Origin: Steroidobacteraceae bacterium
GTDB taxonomy: Bacteria > Chloroflexota > Limnocylindria > QHBO01
Direction: 5' to 3'
Assembly: GCA_025935615.1 (NCBI GenBank)
Contig: JAICUY010000004.1
Location: forward strand, 1-47,057
DNA length: 47,057 nucleotides
In this document: positions 9,132-18,077 of the stretch, one piece after another
Layout: every line of letters begins with the position of its first letter
How positions within the stretch are numbered: the first letter of the stretch is position 1
Made by a program: the position numbers and the translations under genes
Notes under the pieces: model-generated
Told to the model about the DNA's origin: nothing
The model's database searches: none
The model's input: only the letters and a program-made list of their open reading frames with translations

Positions 9132-9953
9132 CTAGATCGGGAGTGTAGCACTCACCTCCTGCATTCGATCCGCCAGCGCCTTGGCCGATGCGGCTGCGGC
9201 CTGCCTCCAGTCGCTTCCTGCCGAGGCCGATGCGATCGCCCGCGACACGCTCACCAGCCCCGGCGCCAGGGCACCGTCGCATGCCTCGACGGCGGCCGCC
9301 AGGTCCCCGCCCTGCGCGCCGACACCCGGGACCAGGAACCCCGGATTCGGGACCGCTCGGCGAATGCGGCGCAGCTCATCGGCAGCCGTCGCGCCGACGA
9401 CCAGCCCGACGCGCTCCTCATTCGGCCACCGGCCGACGACCCAGCGCGCGACGCTCTCGTGGAGCGGCGCGTTGCCCACCTCGAGGTCCTGCAGATCGCC
9501 GGCGCTCGGGTTGCTCGTCCGCGCCAGCACGTAGACCACCCGATCGGGGTAGCGCAGGAACGGCTCGATCGCATCACCGCCGAGATAGGGCGATAGCGTC
9601 ACGGCGTCGGCACGCAGCCGCGCGAAGAGTGCCTCGGCATAGCGCTCGGCGGTGATGCCGATGTCGCCGCGCTTGGCGTCGAGCACCACGAATTGCTCTG
9701 CCGGCACGTCGCCGCGGACTCGCTCGAGTGCCGCCACGCCGGCCGAGCCGAACGCCTCGAAGAACGCGACGTTGATCTTGACCGCGATCGCGTGCTCCGC
9801 CGCCGCCTCCAGCAGGCCGCGGGCGAAGCTCTCGATCCCGGCCACGTCGCGGGAAAGCTCGTGGGGCAGCTGATCGGGATGCGGGTCGATCCCGAGGCAC
9901 AGCCGCGTGCCGAGCCGCCCAACGCGCGCCCGCAGCCGCTCGAGCGGGGTCAT
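9132..9953 (-). CDS. pyrF: Orotidine-5'-phosphate decarboxylase (type 2)
   Basis: LCLGIDP, K.NVAFFE, DAKRGDIG.T, RTSNP, VVGAT, LVPGVGAQGG, SRAI. Confidence 0.96.
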   Translation of the reverse strand: MTPLERLRARVGRLGTRLCLGIDPHPDQLPHELSRDVAGIESFARGLLEAAAEHAIAVKINVAFFEAFGSAGVAALERVRGDVPAEQFVVLDAKRGDIGITAERYAEALFARLRADAVTLSPYLGGDAIEPFLRYPDRVVYVLARTSNPSAGDLQDLEVGNAPLHESVARWVVGRWPNEERVGLVVGATAADELRRIRRAVPNPGFLVPGVGAQGGDLAAAVEACDGALAPGLVSVSRAIASASAGSDWRQAAAASAKALADRMQEVSATLPI

Positions 9954-11713
9954 GCCACGCCTGCCACGGCCGCTCCCGCCGCCACCGGGATGGCTGCCAG
10001 ACGTCGCGCCAGCAGCGGGCTGGCGTCCGCGTCGGCGTAATCGAGGACGCGGAGTCGCAGCCGCGGCATGCCCTGGAACAGGTCGCGCTCGAGCGTGCCG
10101 ACCAGGTCGATCGCGCTGCCCGGCTCGGGCAGGGGCCGCTCGCCTGGCGTCCCGAAGGCGATGGCGTCGAAGATCTCGGCTCCGCGCCGCAGTCGGAGGA
10201 GGAGGTGTTGCTCGGCGGCGCCGACACGCCGCGCTTCCCCGACCCGCAGGCCGGTCACTGCGAGGATCGGCTCGACATGGCCCGGCCCGAACGGCGCGAG
10301 GCGCTCGAGCTCTTCGGCGAGCGGCCAGCCGAGGTAGCCGGCGCTCAGAACGAGATCGACGGCGACCCTGCCGGCCGGCAGGACCTCTCCTGTCCCGGCC
10401 GGGTACGGCCGAGCCAATCCGCGGAAGGCCTCGGCAAACGCGGCCCAGCTCCCCGAACGCAGGCTGAAGCCTCCGGCGGCGGCATGTCCGCCGCGGCGCT
10501 CGAGATGCTCGCCGCAGGCGTCGAGCGCCTGCGCCACGTGGAAATCGGCGGGCGCGCGCACCGATCCGCGCAGCTCGCCGTCGAGCTCGGTGACGACAGC
10601 GACCGGACGCGCCAGCCTGTCGCTCAGCCGGCCGGCGACCAGTCCGATCAATCCCGGTGGCCAGGACCCGCGGATGAGCAGTGGACCGGTGCCGTCGTCG
10701 GCGAGTACGGTGGCCTCCTCGACGGCGCTCGTCGTCAACTCGCGACGGCGCAGGTGCACCTCCTCGAGCTCGGCGGCCAACTGCTCGGCGCGCGCGGCGT
10801 CCTCCTCGAGCAGCAGCGCGATCGCCAGCTCGACATCGGCGATGCGTCCGGCAGCATTGATACGCGGCGCGACGCCGAAGCCGAGATCACGGGCGGTCGG
10901 CTGCAGTGGCTCCTCGGCAGCGACGGCAAGCAACGAACGCAACCCGGCGCGCGATGTGGTCGCCAGCTCCGCGAGCCCCAGCCGCACGATGGCGCGGCTC
11001 TCGCCCGTCATCGGCGCCAGATCGGCGATCGTCCCGATCGCCGCCACCGCGGCCAGGTCCGAGGCAGCCCCGCCGCGTCGGGCCAGGAGCGCAGACGCCA
11101 GCTTGTAGGCCACCCCGGCCCCGGTCAGGTCCGGATCGGGATAGCCGCAATCGGCGCGATGCGGGTCGACCACCGCCACCGCCCGAGGCAGCTGCGCGGG
11201 CGGCAGGTGGTGATCGGTGACGATGACCTCCATGCCGAGCGAGCGAGCGACCTCGACCTCGGCCGCGTTCGAGACCCCGCAGTCGCAGGTGACGACGAGG
11301 CGCGCGCCGCGATCGGCCAGCTCGCGCAGGCCCCGCTCCGACAAGCCGTAGCCTTCGGCCAGCCGCGACGGCACGTAGCGCAGCGGGTCAGCACCGAGCG
11401 CGCGGAGCGCGATCATCCAGACCACCACGGCGGTCATGCCGTCGGCGTCGTAGTCGCCCCAGATCGCGATTCGCTCCCCCGCCGACAGCGCCGCCTCCAG
11501 GCGGCGCAGCGCGACATCCGCATCCGCCATGAGCGCCACGTCATGCAGCGAGTGCTCGCCGGCCTGCAGCAGGCGGGCCACGTCCGCATCGGTCCGGTAG
11601 CCGCGGCGAGCGAGCAAGGTGGCGACCGGGGCGCCGAAGCCGTCCAGCCGGGGAGGATCAGGGTAGGGCTCGGGCAGGACCCACGCCAGGCGCGGCACGA
11701 TCACGGCCGCCAT
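9950..11713 (-). CDS. recJ: Single-stranded DNA exonuclease RecJ (true start may be GTG at 11704)
   Basis: GDYDADG, TCDCG, TDHH, GTIAD, PRINAAGR, RGSVR, GGHAAAGG, LAPFG.G. Confidence 0.95.
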   Translation of the reverse strand: MAAVIVPRLAWVLPEPYPDPPRLDGFGAPVATLLARRGYRTDADVARLLQAGEHSLHDVALMADADVALRRLEAALSAGERIAIWGDYDADGMTAVVVWMIALRALGADPLRYVPSRLAEGYGLSERGLRELADRGARLVVTCDCGVSNAAEVEVARSLGMEVIVTDHHLPPAQLPRAVAVVDPHRADCGYPDPDLTGAGVAYKLASALLARRGGAASDLAAVAAIGTIADLAPMTGESRAIVRLGLAELATTSRAGLRSLLAVAAEEPLQPTARDLGFGVAPRINAAGRIADVELAIALLLEEDAARAEQLAAELEEVHLRRRELTTSAVEEATVLADDGTGPLLIRGSWPPGLIGLVAGRLSDRLARPVAVVTELDGELRGSVRAPADFHVAQALDACGEHLERRGGHAAAGGFSLRSGSWAAFAEAFRGLARPYPAGTGEVLPAGRVAVDLVLSAGYLGWPLAEELERLAPFGPGHVEPILAVTGLRVGEARRVGAAEQHLLLRLRRGAEIFDAIAFGTPGERPLPEPGSAIDLVGTLERDLFQGMPRLRLRVLDYADADASPLLARRLAAIPVAAGAAVAGVA

Positions 11714-11727
11714 GGTAGTCGCGGGCG

Positions 11728-11755
11728 CTTACCGGCCGCTTACCAATCGGTTACC
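11728..11755 (-). promoter_or_regulatory. Triple direct repeat GGTAA(C/G) at 11-bp period upstream of recJ -10 box
   Basis: GGTAAC-cgatt-GGTAAG-cggcc-GGTAAG, 10 nt, TACCAT (11712-11717), 7 nt, GTG; same layout at 18028-18080. Confidence 0.65.
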
Positions 11756-11769
11756 GGGCGAACCTTCGG

Positions 11770-12843
11770 TCAGCGCGAGAGCGGGCGGACGGCGCGCCCA
11801 CCGGTGGCGCGCGCCTGGCGGCGGCGCTGGTCCCACTCCTGCCAGGCGACCAGGATCTGGCTGGCGTTGAAGATTGACGAGTAGGTCCCGCTGACCACCC
11901 CGACCAGCAGCGCGAGGGTGAAGGTCCGGATCGTCGGCGGCCCGAGCAGCAGCAGCGCGCCGAGCGTCACCACCACGGTCAGCGAAGTGTTGATCGAGCG
12001 ACCCACGGTCTGCAGGATCGAGTGGTTGACGATCGCGCCGAACGGCTCGCCGGCGTGCCGGATGCGGTTTTCGCGGATGCGGTCGAACACCACGATCGTG
12101 TCGTGCACGCTGAAGCCGATGATGGTCAGCAGCGCGGTCACGAACAGGGCGTCGAACTCGAGCCCGAAGAAGAAGCCGAGGATCGCGAACATCCCGACGA
12201 CCACCACCACGTCGTGGAGCAGGGCAATGATCGCCGCGGTGCCGAACCGGAACCCGAAGCGGATCCACAGGTAGGCCAGGATGAACAGCTCGCCGACGAT
12301 GATCAGGATCGCCGAGCTGCGGACCAGCTCGGAGCCGATCAAGGGTCCGATCGTGGTCGTCTTGCGGGGCTGCCCGCCCTCTGGCTCGCCGAACCGCTGC
12401 TCGAGTGCCGATTCGAGGTCGTCGAACTTTGTGTTCCGCGGCGTCGCGGCGCCGGGAGCTGGGCTGCCTGCCGGGCTGGCTGCCGGGCTCGCCTCGGGCG
12501 TGGCTGTCGGGGTCGGCGTGGGAGCGGCGCTTCCCGACGCGATCGGGCCGATCGAGGCGGACGCAATCGGCTCCGGCGGCAGGAGGTCGATCGGCTCGGT
12601 CTGGATCAGGAGGTAGCCGTCCGGCAGGGCGCGGACGACCGCTTCGTCATGTCCGAGATCGACCAGCGCGCGCTGCACATCGGTCGGCGATGGTTGGCTG
12701 GCGTACTTGACCTCCCACTCGGTGCCACCGGTGAAGTCGATCGACGGTTTCAGGCCGCCCAACAGGACGAAGATCAGGCCGGGGATCGTCAGCAGGGCGC
12801 TGAGCGTGAAGTACCAGCGCTTGTGCGCGACGAAGTCGAACAT
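11770..12843 (-). CDS. secF: Protein translocase subunit SecF
   Basis: SIDFTGGT, IGP.IG.EL, ALLHDV, TIIGFSVHDTIVVFDRIREN, RSINTS, GTYSSIF.A. Confidence 0.96.
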   Translation of the reverse strand: MFDFVAHKRWYFTLSALLTIPGLIFVLLGGLKPSIDFTGGTEWEVKYASQPSPTDVQRALVDLGHDEAVVRALPDGYLLIQTEPIDLLPPEPIASASIGPIASGSAAPTPTPTATPEASPAASPAGSPAPGAATPRNTKFDDLESALEQRFGEPEGGQPRKTTTIGPLIGSELVRSSAILIIVGELFILAYLWIRFGFRFGTAAIIALLHDVVVVVGMFAILGFFFGLEFDALFVTALLTIIGFSVHDTIVVFDRIRENRIRHAGEPFGAIVNHSILQTVGRSINTSLTVVVTLGALLLLGPPTIRTFTLALLVGVVSGTYSSIFNASQILVAWQEWDQRRRQARATGGRAVRPLSR

Positions 12844-12846
12844 CGG

Positions 12847-14166
12847 CTAGCGCTCCACGTGGTAGAGCTCGAGGCGCTTGCCCCAGTCGGTGCGCACGAC
12901 GTAGCGCAGCATGGTTCGCGTCACTGTCACGGCGCTGAACATGGAGACGAGCACGCCGACGATGAGCACCAGGGCGAAGCCGCGCACCACGTTGGTCCCC
13001 TGCCAGTAGAGCCAGGAGGCGACCAGGATGGAGCTGACGTTCGAGTCGAGAATGCTCGACCAGGCACGGTTGAAGCCGGCCTCGATCGCCGGTCCCAGCG
13101 TCTTGCCGGCGCGGATCTCCTCTTTCATCCGCTCGAAGATGAGGATGTTGGCGTCGACGGCCATCCCGATCGAAAGGATGAAGGCAGCCACCCCGGCGAG
13201 CGTGAGCGTGACCCCGATCAGCCGGAAGACCGCGTAGCTGACCAGCGTGTAGAAGATGAGCGCCAGCGCGGCCAGCACGCCCGGCAGGCGGTAGTACGCG
13301 ATCATGAAGAAGAGGACCAGCAGGAGGCCGATACCTCCCGCCACCAGCGCCTGGCTCAGGAAGTTGGCGCCCAGCGTGGCGGACTGCTGCGCGACGTCGA
13401 CCTCTTCCAGGGAGACCGGCAGCGCGCCGAAGCGCAGGGTGTTGTACAGGCTGGTGCGCTCGGTCTCGCCCTGCTGGCCGGCACTCCCGACCGTGATGAT
13501 CGTCTGGCCGCCGCAGATCGCGCTGTTGATGTTCGGCGTGCTGATGACCTTGCCGTCGAGGGCGATCGGCCCTGGCTGGTTGACGTGCGCCGTCGTATAG
13601 GCGCACCACGCCTGACTGCCCTGCTCCTTCAGGTTGAAGACCACGCCCAGCTGGCCCTGGTCGCTGCTGGGCGCCACGCTGCCCGGCTCGATCTGACCGC
13701 CGTCGAAGATCACCGGGATGGTGCCGTTGGCGACCTGCTGGCTGATGTCCTGGCCCTCGGACAGCGTCTGGCCGTTGGGATCGATGAACTGGAGCTGGCC
13801 GGTCGAGCCGACCAGCTGACGGACCTGGTCGGCGTTGCTGACGCCCGGCACCTCGACGATGATCCGCCGCTCGCCGTTGGGAGCGGTCTCCGTCCGCACC
13901 TGCGGCTCGGACACGCCGATGCCGCCGACGCGCCGCTCGATGATGTTGCGCGCGGTCTCGAGATCGGCGTCGCTGATCTCTTCGCCACCCGGCTGCGGCT
14001 TCACCGCCAGGGTCACGCGGATGCCGCCCTGCAGATCCAGGCCGAGGACCGTCTTGATGTTGGTGCCGGGAAGCGTGGACGGCAGCCAGTCGCGCGGCAG
14101 GTCGATGTAGACCGCCAGCGCGAGCGTGATGAGGATCACCCAGGGGGCGATGCGGCGCCAGGTCAT
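12847..14166 (-). CDS. secD: Protein translocase subunit SecD (start re-called at ATG 14166)
   Basis: LGLDLQGG, GVSEP, IVEVPG, GALPV, IGMAVDANILIFERMKEE, DSN, VRGFA; TATAAT at 14265-14270. Confidence 0.96.
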   Translation of the reverse strand: MTWRRIAPWVILITLALAVYIDLPRDWLPSTLPGTNIKTVLGLDLQGGIRVTLAVKPQPGGEEISDADLETARNIIERRVGGIGVSEPQVRTETAPNGERRIIVEVPGVSNADQVRQLVGSTGQLQFIDPNGQTLSEGQDISQQVANGTIPVIFDGGQIEPGSVAPSSDQGQLGVVFNLKEQGSQAWCAYTTAHVNQPGPIALDGKVISTPNINSAICGGQTIITVGSAGQQGETERTSLYNTLRFGALPVSLEEVDVAQQSATLGANFLSQALVAGGIGLLLVLFFMIAYYRLPGVLAALALIFYTLVSYAVFRLIGVTLTLAGVAAFILSIGMAVDANILIFERMKEEIRAGKTLGPAIEAGFNRAWSSILDSNVSSILVASWLYWQGTNVVRGFALVLIVGVLVSMFSAVTVTRTMLRYVVRTDWGKRLELYHVER

Positions 14167-14303
14167 GCGTTCAGCCGATGATCCTCTTGGCTCGGGAGGC
14201 AAGGCTGCGGCGACGGAATCGGCCGCAGACATGGAACACGCCGCACTCACGCGGCGGCGGCGCGATTATAGGAGCGCCACTCGGCCCCTGCAACGCGACG
14301 CGA

Positions 14304-16292
14304 CTACGCCAACATCCCCTCGCGCGCCAGCGCGCTCTTCAGCCGCTCCGCCAGCTCGCGGTTGACGCCCGGCGTCTGCGCCACCTCTTCGACCGATGCA
14401 TCGCGGATCCGCCGCACGCTGCCGAACCGCTTCAGCAATGCCTTCTTTCGCGTCGGACCGATGCCCGCCACGTCGTCGAAGACGCTCGCCAGTGCCCGCC
14501 GCCCGCGGACGTTGCGGTGGTAGGTGATCGCGAACCGATGCGCCTCGTCGCGGATGCGCTGCACGAGGTACAGGGACTGGCTGGTGCGCGGCAGGACGAT
14601 GGGCGCGGCCTGACCCGGCACGAACAGCTCCTCGAAGCGCTTGGCCAGCCCGGCCAGCGGGACGTCGCGCAGGTCGAGCTCCTCCATCACCCGCACGGCG
14701 GTCGACAGCTGCCCCTTGCCACCGTCCACGATCACCAGGTCGGGCAGCGCCCAGCCCTCGTCGCGCCGCTGAGGCCGGCCGGTTCGCTCGACCGGCCCGG
14801 CGTTCTCCTCGAGGTTGGCCGGCTCGGCGGTGTCGCCCTCCGGCGCCTCGTCGGCGCCGACCGCGGCCAGCGACAGGTAACCGGTCTGTGCCCGGAGCCG
14901 CGCCGCTCGCCCGAAGCGTCGGCCCAGCACCTCCGCCATCATCCGGAAGTCGTCCGGCGTCTCGCCCGATCGGATCTTGAATCGACGGTATTCGCGCGGC
15001 TCGGGCTTGCCGTTGATGAAGACGACCATCGAGCCGACCGCGCTGGTGCCCTGGATGTTGCTCATGTCGTAGCACTCGATGCGCTCCGGCGGCCGCGGCA
15101 GGTCGAGCGCCTCGGCCAGGCCGGTGAGCGCCTCGTCGCGCTTGCCCACGTCGGCCAACCACTCGGCGCGCTCCTTGGACAGCGCCTCGACCGCGTTCTG
15201 GGTGGCCAGCGCCACCAGGCGGCGCTTGTCGCCGCGCATTGGTACCGAGATCGTCACGCGCGCGCCGCGCCGGTCGGTGAGAAAGGCCGCCAGCGCATCG
15301 GCCTCCGAAGGCAACGACGGGACGAGCACGTCGCGCGGCACCGACTGGGTCGAGGCGTAGTACTGCTGCAGGAAGGAGCCCAGTACCTCGCCGTCGCCAG
15401 CGTCGCGGGCGCCCTCCACGATGAAATGCTCACGGCCGATCATCTTGCCGTTGCGGATGACGAGCACCTGCAGGCACGCCTCGTTCTCCTCGCGCGCCAT
15501 GCCGATCACGTCATGCTCGGCGCGGCTGTAGGCAGCCACCTTCTGCTGCTCGATGGTGCGCTCGACGGCACGCAGCTTGTCACGCGCGATGGCCGCGGCC
15601 TCGAAGCGTAACGCCTCGGCGTCCGTCTCCATCTGGTCACGCAGCTCGGCGGCGATACCCTCCTGCTTCCCCTCCAGAAAGTCGACGATGCGGCCGATGG
15701 TGGCGCGGTAGTCATCCTTTTCGACGGCCTGGATGCACGGTCCCTGGCAGCGTTTGATGTAGTACAGCAGACACGGCCGCTCGAGCACCCGCTTGCCGTC
15801 GGGAATGTCGAGGTTGCAGGTGCGAAACGGGAAGATCTTGCGCAGCAGCTTGAGCGTCTCGTCGACGCTCGATGCGGAGGCGTAGGGCCCGAAGTAGCGG
15901 CTGCCATCGCGGGCCAGCTTGCGGGTGCGCACGATGCGCGGGAAGTCCTCGCCCAGCGTGATCTTCACGAAGGGATAGGTCTTGTCGTCGCGCAGCCGGA
16001 TGTTGAATCGGGGCCGGTGCTCCTTGATCAGGTTGCTCTCGAGCAGGAACGCCTCGCTGACGGTATCGGTCAGGATGTAGTCGATATCGGCAACCTCCTG
16101 CGTCATGCGCAGGATTCGCGCGTCGAGGGCGCCCTTGCTGCCGAAGTAGCTGCGCACCCGGTTGCGCAGCGAATCGGCCTTGCCAACGTAGAGCACCCGA
16201 CCGTCGGGACCCTTCATGAGGTAGACGCCCGGGCTGGTCGGCAGCTGGCGCAGGATGGCGCGAATGTGGTCGTCGCGGGTGGGCTGGGTCAC
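14304..16292 (-). CDS. uvrC: Excinuclease ABC subunit C
   Basis: GIY-YIG PGVYLM..LYVGKA, LRDDKTYP, CQGPC, RIECYDMSN, VDGGKGQ, RDEAHRFA, C-terminal HhH. Confidence 0.98.
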   Translation of the reverse strand: MTQPTRDDHIRAILRQLPTSPGVYLMKGPDGRVLYVGKADSLRNRVRSYFGSKGALDARILRMTQEVADIDYILTDTVSEAFLLESNLIKEHRPRFNIRLRDDKTYPFVKITLGEDFPRIVRTRKLARDGSRYFGPYASASSVDETLKLLRKIFPFRTCNLDIPDGKRVLERPCLLYYIKRCQGPCIQAVEKDDYRATIGRIVDFLEGKQEGIAAELRDQMETDAEALRFEAAAIARDKLRAVERTIEQQKVAAYSRAEHDVIGMAREENEACLQVLVIRNGKMIGREHFIVEGARDAGDGEVLGSFLQQYYASTQSVPRDVLVPSLPSEADALAAFLTDRRGARVTISVPMRGDKRRLVALATQNAVEALSKERAEWLADVGKRDEALTGLAEALDLPRPPERIECYDMSNIQGTSAVGSMVVFINGKPEPREYRRFKIRSGETPDDFRMMAEVLGRRFGRAARLRAQTGYLSLAAVGADEAPEGDTAEPANLEENAGPVERTGRPQRRDEGWALPDLVIVDGGKGQLSTAVRVMEELDLRDVPLAGLAKRFEELFVPGQAAPIVLPRTSQSLYLVQRIRDEAHRFAITYHRNVRGRRALASVFDDVAGIGPTRKKALLKRFGSVRRIRDASVEEVAQTPGVNRELAERLKSALAREGMLA

Positions 16293-16301
16293 GCTCCGAT
16301 T

Positions 16302-16814
16302 CTAGGTCGCGGCGGCGGTCGGCCCTTCGCCGCGCCCCAGGTAGATCGGGTGTTCGGCGCCTTCGGGGATGGCGTCCAGCAGCTGAGCCAGCTTGGGAGC
16401 CGCCCTCGCAACCTCCACCGGCAGCAGCCAGCTCACCTCGGCGATCTCCTCGGGCTGGGGTCGAAGCCGGCCGCCCAGCGGACGACAGCCGAAGACGAAG
16501 TCTGTCGAGCGGGCATGCCGGGCGTCGACCAGCAGGCAGCCCTCGACCACCACCTTGATCCCGGTCTCCTCGGCCACCTCGCGCACCGCCGCTGCTTCCG
16601 GTGTCTCGCGGCCGGTCACCTTGCCGCCAGGCAGGGTCCACTCTCGCGGCGGAAAGAGGGGCCTGACCACCAGGATGCGGCCATCCCCATCACGGACGAG
16701 GCCGTGCGCTCCCTCGAGCCTGGCGTAGCGGCCCGCCAGCATGAGCGACACCTCGCGCAACGCCACGACCAGCAGCCGCGGCAGGTCGAGTGGTCGAATC
16801 CGGTTACGAACCAC
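16302..16814 (-). CDS. NUDIX hydrolase (MutT-like)
   Basis: Nudix box GGKVTGRETPEAAAVREVAEETG. Confidence 0.9.
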   Translation of the reverse strand: MVRNRIRPLDLPRLLVVALREVSLMLAGRYARLEGAHGLVRDGDGRILVVRPLFPPREWTLPGGKVTGRETPEAAAVREVAEETGIKVVVEGCLLVDARHARSTDFVFGCRPLGGRLRPQPEEIAEVSWLLPVEVARAAPKLAQLLDAIPEGAEHPIYLGRGEGPTAAAT

Positions 16815-18009
16815 TGGACGCCGATGCGCCCTGCACCGGCTCAGCCAGCTGCGTGGCCAGGTACTGCTTCAGCGGCTGGTAGTCGGCCGCTGTCTGCCGA
16901 CCGATGACGACCAGGATGTACTCGCCGTCGGTGTTGGTCGTCGCCTCCAGGGCGACGCCCTCCTTCATCTCGATCCGACGGTCCGGGTGCAGATGTCCCG
17001 ACAGCAGGAAGAGGTCGATCGCCGACAGGTCGGTATGCATCCGCCCCGACAGAGCATCCATCAGCGACAGGCCCGGGCCGATGGAGCCGATCCCGCCGGA
17101 ACCGACCTTCGAGCGCAGCGCCGACATGATCCGCTGCTGCCGGATCGAGCGCGCGAAGTCGCTCGACTCGACCGCCAGGCTCGTGTACCGGACGCGCGCA
17201 TAGGCGAGCGCCCGGCGGCCACTGAGGTGCAGGGTGCCTTTCTTGAAGTGGCCGCCGTTCCAGTTCTGCGCGTGGAACGAGTTCGCGTTCCAGGTGTACG
17301 AGAACGCGCGCGGGTTCTTGACGGTGACCCCGCCGACGGCATTGACCATTTCCTTGAAGCCGTCGAAGTCGATCGCCATCCAGTGATCGATGCGCAGCCC
17401 GGTCACATCGCTGAGGATGCGCGCCATCGCCGCCCCCGCTTCGTCAGCGCCGCCCTGCTGCCAGCCGAGGGCGAACGCCTGGTTGATCTTGCCGTTGCCC
17501 GGCATGTCGGCCATGCCCTCGATCCAGAGGTCGCGCGGCACCGGGATGATCGTGGTCGTATCGCTCGCCGGATCGATCGACAGGATGTTGATCGAGTCGC
17601 CCAGGTAGGTCCCGCCGTGCTTTGCCTGGCCCGAGTAGCCGACTATCACCACGTTGACGCGGTCCTTGCCGTTGAGCGGGCCGAACAGGGCGGTCGACAT
17701 GGCCGGCGCGCTGGAGACGGTGTCGTTGAACGAAGCCACCCGGCCCCACAGCAGCACGCCTCCGACGATCACGATCGTCAGCGTGCCGAGCAGCATGAAG
17801 AACAGAATCCGCTTCAGCGGCGGCCCCGACCGTTGCGTGGCTACCCGGTACTCATCGGTGTCGTCGACGGCGGCTGGATCGGGCTCCGGCGACTGGCGAG
17901 CAGCCGCCTCGCGCCGGGCGTCGTCGCGGTCGGCGCCGGCGCGAATCCGGCGGGTGCGCGCCGTGGGCGAGGCCTGGGAACGGAATCGGTCTCGCTCGGA
18001 CGTGCTCAT
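16804..18009 (-). CDS. LCP (LytR-CpsA-Psr) family phosphotransferase
   Basis: TM helix, GDSINIL, VPRDLW, KINQAF, IDFDGFKEMVNAVGGV, ALAYARVR, DFARSIRQQRI. Confidence 0.93.
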   Translation of the reverse strand: MSTSERDRFRSQASPTARTRRIRAGADRDDARREAAARQSPEPDPAAVDDTDEYRVATQRSGPPLKRILFFMLLGTLTIVIVGGVLLWGRVASFNDTVSSAPAMSTALFGPLNGKDRVNVVIVGYSGQAKHGGTYLGDSINILSIDPASDTTTIIPVPRDLWIEGMADMPGNGKINQAFALGWQQGGADEAGAAMARILSDVTGLRIDHWMAIDFDGFKEMVNAVGGVTVKNPRAFSYTWNANSFHAQNWNGGHFKKGTLHLSGRRALAYARVRYTSLAVESSDFARSIRQQRIMSALRSKVGSGGIGSIGPGLSLMDALSGRMHTDLSAIDLFLLSGHLHPDRRIEMKEGVALEATTNTDGEYILVVIGRQTAADYQPLKQYLATQLAEPVQGASASSGS

Positions 18010-18027
18010 CGGGCTGGCAGGATAGTC

Positions 18028-18055
18028 GATAAGCCAGCGGTAAGCGGTCGGTAAG
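18028..18055 (+). promoter_or_regulatory. Triple direct repeat G(A/G)TAAG at 11-bp period between divergent LCP and helicase genes
   Basis: GATAAG-ccagc-GGTAAG-cggtc-GGTAAG, 10 nt, GATGAT (18066-18071), 6 nt, ATG 18078. Confidence 0.65.
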
Positions 18056-18077
18056 GACCGATGCGGATGATGGCTCG

